Shown here: positions 39,403 to 48,044 of the stretch, one piece after another
How positions within the stretch are numbered: the first letter of the stretch is position 1
Layout of the letters: each line of letters starts with the position of its first letter
Assembly (NCBI GenBank): GCA_945937975.1
Contig: CAMEUD010000001.1
Coordinates: forward strand, 1 to 54,498
Reading direction: 5' to 3'
From: an uncultured Clostridia bacterium
GTDB taxonomy: Bacteria; Bacillota; Clostridia; Christensenellales; UBA1242
Length of the DNA: 54,498 bases
Notes under the pieces: generated by a model
What the model was told of the DNA's origin: nothing
Seen by the model: the letters and a program-made list of their open reading frames with translations, nothing else
Database searches by the model: none
Position numbers and translations under genes: made by a program

Positions 39403-42400
39403 ATGCGAAATTTATTTGATAGTAAAAAAGGTTATGATTATGTGAGACTTGATGATGATGTGAGTTTTCAATTATTGAGAACTAACCCAGTATTAACATC
39501 AAATGCCAAAATTATATATGATGGTGATAATATTTATCTAGAATCATATCCAAACAATCATTTACTTGCGACACAACGATATAAACATGTACAAGTTTCC
39601 AGAAATGGATTTTTCAACAGAGATTTAAAAAATTTCCTTTTAGGTACAAAGGATACTGCATATGAAGTTCAACATAAAATGTCTAATATTGTTGTTGGTA
39701 ATGATTTTGACTATCAATTTGAAAATATATATTGGTGTGGTGCAGAAAGTATTGACTCAAAAGATTATTCTCAGGAGTTGGGATTTATCGCACCATTATA
39801 TCTACGAAAAAAGTTACCTAAATATTTCGTGATATTTAAGATTTCAGATCCATCAAATTATAATTTAATTGATACAATTTCAGATAGAACATATGATTTT
39901 AAATCTGATATTTTAAATAAGGCGACAATCATCAAATCATTTGATTTAAGCGAAGAATCACCATTAGGTAAATATATTAGAAATTATACAAGTCAAGTTA
40001 GTTTTAAATTTGACCAATCTATTTATACCAATTTCTCAACTAAAGAAATATATTTTTATGGTATTGATAGAAAAACGGGTTTATTGACTGAAAAAAATGA
40101 AAGTTTTTCGGATTTATTACAGAATGACAATACCATCACTAGAGTTGATGACTGGATTACTAATGGTTTTAAGAGAAATAATCTCATATTTCCATATATA
40201 CTGAATTTGGAATTTTTATTTGATGATAATGAAACTAAAAATTACCAATTTGGTAGATATTTTGGTATATATTGTGACGACATAGATTTATATGAATCAA
40301 AACCACTTGGAGAAGATATTAATGAAATAAATGAAAATGAGTTTTATTATATTAAAGATAAATTTAAAAACTTATATTCATTGAAAAAAAGACCAATATA
40401 CAATTATACAACAAATCCTAATGTATATAAACCTTCAAAATTAGATGAAAAAACAAAAAATGATATTAAGGAAGTTATAGGTGACAGCAATCAATTATCA
40501 ACTAATAATGTAATAATAACATCTATTCGTAAAAACAGAAATGATTTATATTTAACAAATGAAGGTATTAAATTAAATATACCAACATATGTGAACTATA
40601 ATAAATTGGTTGGATATACTATTGTGAGAAGTAATAGTGCGTATGAAGGTAATATTTACAATCGTAAATATGTCACTCAAAATGACTTACTTAACACTGA
40701 ATTTTTGAAAATTGCTGATAAAAAATATTATGTAACAACTGATTATACTAATGAGTATAAACAACCTTTTACCGCTGGTAAAACATTAAAAATATCTGAT
40801 ATAACAGGATATGACACTCATAAGATTAGGGTTTATTGTGAACCATTAAATACTGAATTACCGGGTAAAGCGTCATATACATTTAGAATCAATAAACCAT
40901 TTTCACATGGTGAGACATTATCATTTTTTAATGATGTCTATAAAAGTAGATATTTTGAATTACTTAAAAAATCAGGAACTGATAGTTCAGAAGATTCTGA
41001 TGTTGATTATTTATATGATGCGTTAGATAATTATAATTTCGCTTCATTTGTTGCTGATAAATATTACTATGATTATTATTCTGATAAAGATAATAGGGTT
41101 AAGTATTTTTATATTTTCCAAGCACAATTTGAAGGTTCGGATGATTTAAATACAATTATTCAAACAATAAAAAATTATCCAATTTCATTAGAGTCATTAC
41201 AAAATATTGAATCATATATAGTTAATGATGAAAGACCACATTTATATATTCCATCGGCAAGCAAATCAGAGTTTAATATATTAAACCAATATTTGAGTGA
41301 AACAAAAGGACTTGGTGGTTTGGATTATTATGTAGTTGAAAGTGATGAAATTTATAAAATAGATGATACTTATGAATATAAGGAATCAAATTATAAGTTA
41401 ACACAACCAGAATCATATACAAAAAATAGATTTTCTTGTAATGGTACTACTACACAAATTGCCGAGGCATTATGTCAATGTATTAATAATGTTGATTTAA
41501 AACACAGACAACTTTACGCGTATCATAAAGATGACCTTGTTGTTATTGAGTATAATCTGGCTGGTTCTAGATATAATAACAATGTTAATGTTGTATTTGA
41601 TAATTCAATTATTTATAATAATAAAATCACACAATACACAAAAGATTTTAAATTTAATGGTGGTACTGATGATAGTGACTGCTTATTTAAAATAAATAGT
41701 GATGATTTAATATTCTTTACTGGAGAAGAAACTAATGAAAAACATCGTTATATATTAACTTATGGTGATGTACCAGATACACAAATAATAGGGTACAAAC
41801 CATATATAAATGAATATGGATATATTGATGAAAATTATTTGGTTATTGCAACAGATAAAAATGGTAAATTTCTAAAACCAGGTCAAACAAAACAAGTTGA
41901 GTTGGCTGATGAATTTTTTCCAACAATAGGTATATTAAATTTTTATCCCGTTAAAGATTTTGATTTTGATACAATTGATTCCGTATATGGTGATGATTCT
42001 AATTTTCAATTGGAAATATCAAAATTAGAAAGATCATTATTATTAAATAATAACACCGATGAAAATGTATCTGTTGAAAGCAATTCATCTTTAAAACGAA
42101 AATCAAGAAGTACAACACAGAATTCAAATAATACTATGAATAGTGGTGAATCTTCTGAAGTTGTTCCTGGTCCCGGACCTAATCCAGAAAGGCCAGAAGA
42201 TCCATTTGATCCATATGATTCAGACAGTTCTGATGAATCAGATAATTCTGATGAACCAGAAGAACCAAATAATCCAGGCAGTAACAATAATACGGATGTA
42301 CCAGATTCATATAAAAACATAAAACCTGGTGTTTTCGATCATATAAATGTTAATAGATTGTATAATACATCAGGAGAAACTATTGTAAATGAATATCATA

Positions 42401-44748
42401 CATTTTATGAACATTTACTACCAGAATTGTGTACAATTAGTAAAAGTGTTCCATATATCACAAAATGGTCATATATTGATGGTGTTGATAGTTGTGAAAA
42501 TCCATATAGACTTAATATGAATAAAGTGTTTGGTCTAAGTAACTTATCTGCAAATTTATATTTTATTAGACCAAGTATAATGAATTTCACACATTCATTA
42601 CCATATTATTTAGTATCAAATAATATTTCTTTAAAAGAAAATGAATATCAATATATAAATGATCATAATTTAGTACCTAATACTGATTTAACATTTGATA
42701 CTTTAAAAAACAAATGGTTAAACCTGTTTCAAAATACAGATATGAATGTTTTTGATGAATTGTTTTTACACAAAAATACAGACAATTCAAAAATACAAAA
42801 AAAATATTCAAAGTTTAAATTTGGTTCTAATAATATAGCGGCATCAACATTGTTTAGAGGTGTAAAATTTACTATTACTGAAAGAAGAGATGGCATTGAA
42901 TATAATAGTCCAATTTACAATGACTATAAATTCTCATTTATTTATATTCCTTTCTCTTTTGATGGTGATATAAAATTCCACAATAAGGTATATTTTGTAA
43001 AAAATGACACATTTAAATTTATTGTTGGTATAATATTTGTTAATACTTTGGAGATTTTTAATGATTATGTACCACCAATGTTTAACAAATCATATGTTTA
43101 TGGATGTTGTTATGATTTATTTAAAATTAATACAGATAAATTATATAATAATGAAACTAAAATATTTTCAGTTACTAAACAACCATTTGAAGATATATTT
43201 TTAAATAAACCAGAAATAGATAGTGATGGATATAAAATATATGATATTACTAATCTTTCAATATCATCTCCTACTTTGTTAAAAATATTGTCTAATATGC
43301 TAAATATGATGAATGATAAAACTTTAGCAACTGAATTAATTACAAATGTAACATTCTATACAGGTGTGGATGATAGTGATTTACACAAATATGTTGAATT
43401 TGTTATCAATAAACATAGTAATATAAATCAGATTATTTATCAAAATGAAAGCATTTCATTCAAAAATCATATAACAAGTTGTAAAATCAAAACCAAACAA
43501 AATGTTTATGTTAATTTGTCGTTAAATACATCAATATTAGATAAGGATATTACTGCTGAACCACAAACTTTAATGGATGGAATATCTAAAGGGTTGTTCA
43601 GTATTATGAATAGTATATCTGCGAATGCAATATATGAAAACATAAAATATGATTATAAATCATGTGTTGTGTATAATACAGATGATTTTAAAATATCAAT
43701 CGAAAGACCACAAACTATTAATATTCTTGATATTTTTGATGTTACTCCAAAAATCATTGAGTTTAACAATAAACGAGTTGTTGGTAGTGTTGATATCATA
43801 CCAAAAGATGTAAATAATTTAAATATTAAACAACTTAATAGATATTCTGGTTATTATAATCCAATATTTAAAGATATTTTATTCTATAAAAATAATAGAA
43901 ATGAAAAATTTTTAAATTCAGAATTTGATTATAATTATCAAGATAATCATCATAAATTTGGTATTATTCAAAATATGTATCACCACAAAATAAGTACGAT
44001 GAATTCAGATAAAATTATCCGAACATTGTCACCTAAATATCCTATTATCGGGGAATACGCGTTAGATTTTGATGATTATAATATTTTTAATTCATCTTGG
44101 GATATGAATTATTTTACAAACCATATAACATCAACAACAAAAGAGAAATGTTCATATATAGCTGGACTCAAAGAAGGATTATGTATGTTCGGTAGCAAAT
44201 ATTTCCATGTTCCTGAAAAAATTGACATAACTGATTTTAATGGTTGTTGTGAATGGAATGATGACTATATTGATAATCCAGATAATTGCCCATATGAATT
44301 AATGTATAAAGAAGTGAATGGAAATAATGTCAATTACTATCTTTTCTTACGAAAACGAATTATACGATATTTCTGTGAAAATGAACAAGTACAACAGACA
44401 TTTAAAAAATATATAAATCCAAAGTATTCTTTTGCGTCAAAAGAAACACTTCAAGATGATATAGAAGAATATGTAAAGAAGAATATTATAGATTTATATG
44501 AGATTGATAATATCAACCTATATGTCAAAAAAACAAAAAGAGGTATAAATGATACAAATATAGAAAATGATTATGTATCAACATTTAATGATAGTATTTT
44601 AAAATTGTTAAGTGGAGAATTTAAAAAGACAGATAGGTTTTCAATCAGTAAAGAAAATGTAGATAGATTTGACAAAACACTTGTGTATAATTTAACAAAT
44701 GGTTTTGAAGAACGATTCGTGATTACATTTAGTATTAAAAAAATCTAA
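39403..44748 (+). CDS. Giant protein of unknown function (1781 aa), probably virion-associated
   Basis: Uninterrupted 5.3-kb ORF with TTTTTTCATAAATA 21 nt upstream and a strong terminator downstream. It has a central acidic/proline-rich low-complexity linker (PGPGPNPERPEDPFDPYDSDSSDESDNSDEPEEPNNPGSNNN). I saw no catalytic motif. Confidence 0.45.
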   Translation: MRNLFDSKKGYDYVRLDDDVSFQLLRTNPVLTSNAKIIYDGDNIYLESYPNNHLLATQRYKHVQVSRNGFFNRDLKNFLLGTKDTAYEVQHKMSNIVVGNDFDYQFENIYWCGAESIDSKDYSQELGFIAPLYLRKKLPKYFVIFKISDPSNYNLIDTISDRTYDFKSDILNKATIIKSFDLSEESPLGKYIRNYTSQVSFKFDQSIYTNFSTKEIYFYGIDRKTGLLTEKNESFSDLLQNDNTITRVDDWITNGFKRNNLIFPYILNLEFLFDDNETKNYQFGRYFGIYCDDIDLYESKPLGEDINEINENEFYYIKDKFKNLYSLKKRPIYNYTTNPNVYKPSKLDEKTKNDIKEVIGDSNQLSTNNVIITSIRKNRNDLYLTNEGIKLNIPTYVNYNKLVGYTIVRSNSAYEGNIYNRKYVTQNDLLNTEFLKIADKKYYVTTDYTNEYKQPFTAGKTLKISDITGYDTHKIRVYCEPLNTELPGKASYTFRINKPFSHGETLSFFNDVYKSRYFELLKKSGTDSSEDSDVDYLYDALDNYNFASFVADKYYYDYYSDKDNRVKYFYIFQAQFEGSDDLNTIIQTIKNYPISLESLQNIESYIVNDERPHLYIPSASKSEFNILNQYLSETKGLGGLDYYVVESDEIYKIDDTYEYKESNYKLTQPESYTKNRFSCNGTTTQIAEALCQCINNVDLKHRQLYAYHKDDLVVIEYNLAGSRYNNNVNVVFDNSIIYNNKITQYTKDFKFNGGTDDSDCLFKINSDDLIFFTGEETNEKHRYILTYGDVPDTQIIGYKPYINEYGYIDENYLVIATDKNGKFLKPGQTKQVELADEFFPTIGILNFYPVKDFDFDTIDSVYGDDSNFQLEISKLERSLLLNNNTDENVSVESNSSLKRKSRSTTQNSNNTMNSGESSEVVPGPGPNPERPEDPFDPYDSDSSDESDNSDEPEEPNNPGSNNNTDVPDSYKNIKPGVFDHINVNRLYNTSGETIVNEYHTFYEHLLPELCTISKSVPYITKWSYIDGVDSCENPYRLNMNKVFGLSNLSANLYFIRPSIMNFTHSLPYYLVSNNISLKENEYQYINDHNLVPNTDLTFDTLKNKWLNLFQNTDMNVFDELFLHKNTDNSKIQKKYSKFKFGSNNIAASTLFRGVKFTITERRDGIEYNSPIYNDYKFSFIYIPFSFDGDIKFHNKVYFVKNDTFKFIVGIIFVNTLEIFNDYVPPMFNKSYVYGCCYDLFKINTDKLYNNETKIFSVTKQPFEDIFLNKPEIDSDGYKIYDITNLSISSPTLLKILSNMLNMMNDKTLATELITNVTFYTGVDDSDLHKYVEFVINKHSNINQIIYQNESISFKNHITSCKIKTKQNVYVNLSLNTSILDKDITAEPQTLMDGISKGLFSIMNSISANAIYENIKYDYKSCVVYNTDDFKISIERPQTINILDIFDVTPKIIEFNNKRVVGSVDIIPKDVNNLNIKQLNRYSGYYNPIFKDILFYKNNRNEKFLNSEFDYNYQDNHHKFGIIQNMYHHKISTMNSDKIIRTLSPKYPIIGEYALDFDDYNIFNSSWDMNYFTNHITSTTKEKCSYIAGLKEGLCMFGSKYFHVPEKIDITDFNGCCEWNDDYIDNPDNCPYELMYKEVNGNNVNYYLFLRKRIIRYFCENEQVQQTFKKYINPKYSFASKETLQDDIEEYVKKNIIDLYEIDNINLYVKKTKRGINDTNIENDYVSTFNDSILKLLSGEFKKTDRFSISKENVDRFDKTLVYNLTNGFEERFVITFSIKKI

Positions 44749-44750
44749 AT

Positions 44751-44786
44751 AAAAAAAAGAGTGAGATTTTTTCTCACTCTTTTTTA
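44751..44786. terminator. Bidirectional terminator between the 1781-aa ORF and the tail-fibre gene
   Basis: AGAGTGAGA - TTTTT - TCTCACTCT (44758-44780), flanked by A8 and T6. Confidence 0.8.
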
Positions 44787-46673
44787 TTAATAAATTCTTA
44801 TTATAAATGGTATCGCTATAAATTCTGGTTGAATAGGTATTGGTTGTGGATTAAATAGACCTTTTTGACCAGTTTTATACACAAATGTGTCACTACTACC
44901 GCCACTTTGTGAACCCTTATCAAAGTGTGTAACCTCTTCACATCCATATGTGTTTTTTATATTCTCACGTGAATTTTCCCATATATATGATCCAGAATAA
45001 TAGTGATAGTGTTCTGGAAGATTCTCTTGTTTTAATGTTACCTCCTTTGAACCTCCAGTAGTAAATGGTTTATGATCATCACTAGCACCATAGATAAATT
45101 TGTTCATTAAATTTGGTAAATTATCACCCAAAAGTCCTTTTAAAGAAGACTTTATACGATCTATTGCTTGTTTATTTTTTTTCTCATCTTCATCAAAATA
45201 ACGATTACTTAAATCTAAATCATCAATTCTAGTACCATCACATAAATGGAATTGTTCAGGTATTTGATTCACATCTAATGTATAATACATTATTATACCA
45301 CCAACAGGTATAACAATATTTTCATCAACCGCACCAATTTGCTGACGTAATTCAAATTTTGTATAAGATTGTTTTCTTTTTGAAGTTGTGTCACCTAAAA
45401 ATTGATAAAATCCACCATCAACTGTTGAAACAACTTCATTATGGTATGTGAATTTACTATTCTTTGTAACATCAACATTATTTGCTTCAATTTCTATTCG
45501 AGATTGAGGATTTTCTTGATCGCTTATATTTGATAATAGTCTAACTAAAGATCTTGTATATTTGGGTTTGTCTTTAATCGTATCATCTGGCAAACCACTT
45601 ATTAAATCAATATAATTTCCATGTTCTGAATGTATATTAATCCTACCAACATTTATACTTGTTGATGCCACAAAATTTGGAGTGTTAATGTCATGTAATT
45701 TCAACGCGATTGAATTATCATTAATATACAATTCATTTGTACCAGTTGTTCCTGTTGTTTTGTTATAACATATAGATACTCCTGGACTATCCAATGATTT
45801 TGATCTGAATGATAATATATTACATTCATTTTCAGGGTCAGTTAATGCTATAACTGGGGCAATTAATTTTATATCACCTTCGGATTTAATATTAGATGAA
45901 GCATATCCATCACCATGACTATCAATATTTATAACATTAGAATTAACATTAAATTTATTTACAGCATTTATATTAACATCTTTTATTGATGATATATTTA
46001 ATTTATTATCATCAGATTTAATAAAACTATGAAATGTTGTATTGAAATTTTTGTCTGTTGTGTGGAAAGAGATACCACTATCATATATATTTAATGCACT
46101 CAATGTATCTGTTTTTGTATTTGACAGTTTATTTAAATTATCTGACAATGAAAGACCGACTATTTTTAATGTATTTTTATCATCATCAACAATATCATTT
46201 TTGAAATACATATATGTATCATCATTAATAGTATACTTGTTGAAGTCTGATAATGTACTTGCCAATCCACTATCTCCTTTATCACCTTTAATGGAAAAAA
46301 GTAAATCACTTAATTTCAGTCTGTCACCATCATCTAAAATAATATACAATCCACCATTCCATAGAATTATATCACCGACTTTCAAGTCTTCTAAATTGCT
46401 CAATACATCATTTAAGTACGCATTAACATCATCTATATTAGTCAGGCCTAATTGGTCAGATATAACATGTATTGGGTTTCTTGACAAACCGACAGCACCT
46501 CTATCACCATCAATTCCATCTTTTCCTGGTACACCACCACCATGCATTAGCAACTGATTGAAATTATAGTTACATTTTTCAACAAACGCACCTATACTAT
46601 CTTTTTTGTCTATTCTAACAAGTTTTAAATCATTTTTATCATTAGAGTTATCAAAAGCCATAATAACATACAA
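44787..46673 (-). CDS. Tail fibre protein with collagen-like triplets and phage tail collar domain
   Basis: Gly-X-Y runs are GVPGKDGIDGDRGAVG and KGDKGDSG. The C-terminal IPVGGIIMYY..PEQFHLCDGT..LPNLMNKFIYGAS..GGSKEVTLKQENLPEHYH fits the tail-collar pattern (P.G.I....P.G...CdG....lPdl.g.f..g....gG....L....lP.H.H). Confidence 0.75.
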   Translation of the reverse strand: MYVIMAFDNSNDKNDLKLVRIDKKDSIGAFVEKCNYNFNQLLMHGGGVPGKDGIDGDRGAVGLSRNPIHVISDQLGLTNIDDVNAYLNDVLSNLEDLKVGDIILWNGGLYIILDDGDRLKLSDLLFSIKGDKGDSGLASTLSDFNKYTINDDTYMYFKNDIVDDDKNTLKIVGLSLSDNLNKLSNTKTDTLSALNIYDSGISFHTTDKNFNTTFHSFIKSDDNKLNISSIKDVNINAVNKFNVNSNVINIDSHGDGYASSNIKSEGDIKLIAPVIALTDPENECNILSFRSKSLDSPGVSICYNKTTGTTGTNELYINDNSIALKLHDINTPNFVASTSINVGRINIHSEHGNYIDLISGLPDDTIKDKPKYTRSLVRLLSNISDQENPQSRIEIEANNVDVTKNSKFTYHNEVVSTVDGGFYQFLGDTTSKRKQSYTKFELRQQIGAVDENIVIPVGGIIMYYTLDVNQIPEQFHLCDGTRIDDLDLSNRYFDEDEKKNKQAIDRIKSSLKGLLGDNLPNLMNKFIYGASDDHKPFTTGGSKEVTLKQENLPEHYHYYSGSYIWENSRENIKNTYGCEEVTHFDKGSQSGGSSDTFVYKTGQKGLFNPQPIPIQPEFIAIPFIIRIY

Positions 46674-46683
46674 ATATATAATT

Positions 46684-46691
46684 TATTTATG
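46684..46691 (-). promoter_or_regulatory. Class-B promoter-like motif (minus strand TCATAAATAAATTATATA)
   Basis: It lies 11 nt upstream of the tail-fibre start 46673. Confidence 0.4.
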
Positions 46692-46707
46692 ATAATTTTA
46701 CAAAAAA

Positions 46708-46720
46708 ATTGTTATATTTA
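46708..46720 (+). promoter_or_regulatory. Class-A-like motif ATTGTTATATTTA
   Basis: It differs from the consensus at one position and lies about 23 nt upstream of ATG 46744. Confidence 0.4.
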
Positions 46721-46743
46721 AGATGTATTAAATTTTAATAATT

Positions 46744-47466
46744 ATGCCTACAAGATTACCAAATGTGTGTGATGAAGCAACATTAAGAAATGTTGAACTT
46801 CCAAAAAGAACGATTAGTTATACACCCGTTCCTAATGAGTTAATTTTTGATATTTTGCATGAACAATTAAACAAATATGACTTAAAGGTAAAACAAACAG
46901 ACCTTACAATGTCATTGGGTGGAAAACGATTTATAGGACTTTATGATATTGAATCAGAAGATGAAAACCTTGGTTATAGAATCGGATTTAAAAATTCTTA
47001 TGATGGTTCTATGGCTTTTGGTATGGGTATTGGATCTGTTGTGTGGCTTTGTTCAAACGGAATGATTCATGGAGAAATTTCCGAAAGGCGTGTTCATCGT
47101 GGAAATGCAGATAAAGATGTTGAAGAAATGATTAAAATTGGTCTTGAACAATATCAACACCAACATTCTGAAAACATAAGAGTAAGAGAACGCTTAAAAG
47201 AGATTTATTGTACGAATGATGACATTTATAAAATTGTCGGTAAGCTTTGTGTAGATGGTGTTATGAATGGCACCGAACTTAATAGAATGAAAAAGGAAAT
47301 TATTTCAAGTCCATTATTTGATAATTTAACATTACATCCTGATGGTTTTTCTGCTTGGGATTTATATAACCATGGAACAGAAACTTTGAAATCCGCATCA
47401 TTCAATTCATATTTTGATAAACATAATAATTTACATAAATTGTTTGTAAATGAATTTGAAATTTAA
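46744..47466 (+). CDS. DUF932-family protein
   Basis: FKNSYDGSMAFGMGIGSVVWLCSNGMI matches the DUF932 core as I recall it (NShDgs.a....G..v.vC.NGm). A class-A-like motif lies upstream. Confidence 0.55.
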   Translation: MPTRLPNVCDEATLRNVELPKRTISYTPVPNELIFDILHEQLNKYDLKVKQTDLTMSLGGKRFIGLYDIESEDENLGYRIGFKNSYDGSMAFGMGIGSVVWLCSNGMIHGEISERRVHRGNADKDVEEMIKIGLEQYQHQHSENIRVRERLKEIYCTNDDIYKIVGKLCVDGVMNGTELNRMKKEIISSPLFDNLTLHPDGFSAWDLYNHGTETLKSASFNSYFDKHNNLHKLFVNEFEI

Positions 47467-47470
47467 TAAA

Positions 47471-47496
47471 ATGGTTTGGTAACACCAACCATTTTT
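47471..47496 (+). terminator. Rho-independent terminator (bulged stem)
   Basis: ATGGTTTGGT - AAC - ACCAACCAT with one bulged T, followed by a T-run. Confidence 0.6.
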
Positions 47497-47504
47497 CATA
47501 AATA
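47497..47504 (+). promoter_or_regulatory. Class-B promoter-like motif TTTTTCATAAATAATT
   Basis: It directly follows the terminator 47471-47492, upstream of the ASCH-like cluster. Confidence 0.45.
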
Positions 47505-47588
47505 ATTAAGAATTATAGAAAAAGGAATGTTGGAAATCCAAATTGAGAAGAACAAACATTTCGGCTTTAATATTAAAGATGTATTGGA

Positions 47589-47855
47589 ATGAAAAGAATA
47601 TTAAGATTACCTGTAAACGAAAGATGGTATAAGTTTATAGAAAACGGTGAACTCACATATGATTATAGAGAAATAAAGCCATTCTGGCAGAAAAGACTTG
47701 AAAATAAAGAATATGATATAGTTGAGTTTTATCATCGATTTAATAAATCTATAAAACCAATACAATTTACATTTGAATGGATAAAAAAATCAAAACTAAC
47801 AGATTATAATAATTTACCAGTATATATAATAAAATTTGGTGAAAGAATAAATTGA
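47589..47855 (+). CDS. ASCH/PUA-like small protein
   Basis: 88 aa. LPVNERWYKFIENGELTYDYREIKPFWQKRL resembles the N-terminus of phage ASCH-domain proteins (..w...I..G.K..EyRe.k.yw..Rl). Confidence 0.45.
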   Translation: MKRILRLPVNERWYKFIENGELTYDYREIKPFWQKRLENKEYDIVEFYHRFNKSIKPIQFTFEWIKKSKLTDYNNLPVYIIKFGERIN

Positions 47856-47998
47856 TGGAAAACTTTATGTTGGCTCTGTTTAAAGAAGAAATTTTAATAG
47901 GATATTTTCATAGTGAAACAGAAATTAATGATTATATTAAAAAAACAGGCATTAAAAGAAAAAAATTAAAAATAATAAAGACATATCCACATTTTTAA
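47855..47998 (+). CDS. Small hypothetical ORF (47 aa; below the track cutoff)
   Basis: My own translation is MENFMLALFKEEILIGYFHSETEINDYIKKTGIKRKKLKIIKTYPHF. Its ATG overlaps the upstream stop (TGATG) and the ORF ends at the terminator hairpin 48002-48024. Confidence 0.3.
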   Translation: MENFMLALFKEEILIGYFHSETEINDYIKKTGIKRKKLKIIKTYPHF

Positions 47999-48001
47999 AA
48001 A

Positions 48002-48030
48002 GGAGATAATTCAATATTATCTCCTTTTTT
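48002..48030 (+). terminator. Rho-independent terminator
   Basis: GGAGATAAT - TCAAT - ATTATCTCC followed by T6, merging into the class-A motif. Confidence 0.8.
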
Positions 48031-48040
48031 GTTATATTTA
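48028..48040 (+). promoter_or_regulatory. Class-A promoter-like motif TTTGTTATATTTA
   Basis: It follows the terminator T-run. TATATT (48033-48038) ends exactly 6 nt before ATG 48045. Confidence 0.55.
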
Positions 48041-48044
48041 GTGT

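Noticed and set aside
3120-46557. Antisense or nested ORFs in the track: 3120-3329(-), 4412-4846(-), 6078-6311(+), 6336-6530(-), 9954-10136(+), 11903-12372 (several), 12643-12867(-), 13147-13347(+), 13555-13740(-), 14639-14914(-), 16221-16418(-), 17059-18175 (several), 18919-19284(-), 23583-24137(+), 26390-26895(+), 28354-28545(-), 29530-29817(-), 33484-34244(-), 35493-35714(-), 38807-39019(-), 42006-42590(-), 46042-46557(+), 49653-49868(-), 50210-50428(+), 51841-52062(-).
   Set aside because: Each lies inside, or antisense to, a longer ORF that has recognisable motifs or proper cassette signals. Their compositions (F/L/I/S-rich or low complexity) are typical of shadow frames of K/E/N-rich AT-rich genes. 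None has its own promoter-like motif or terminator.
46723-46731. ATG-TAT-TAA mini-ORF 4 nt after the class-A-like hexamer upstream of the DUF932 gene.
   Set aside because: It has two codons only and is most likely coincidental. The real start at 46744 fits the ~20-30 nt spacing class.
47527-47592. A 21-codon ORF (MLEIQIEKNKHFGFNIKDVLE) with an ATGA overlap onto the ASCH-like gene and an AAGGA just upstream.
   Set aside because: It is too short to support from sequence alone. It may simply be leader sequence downstream of the class-B motif.
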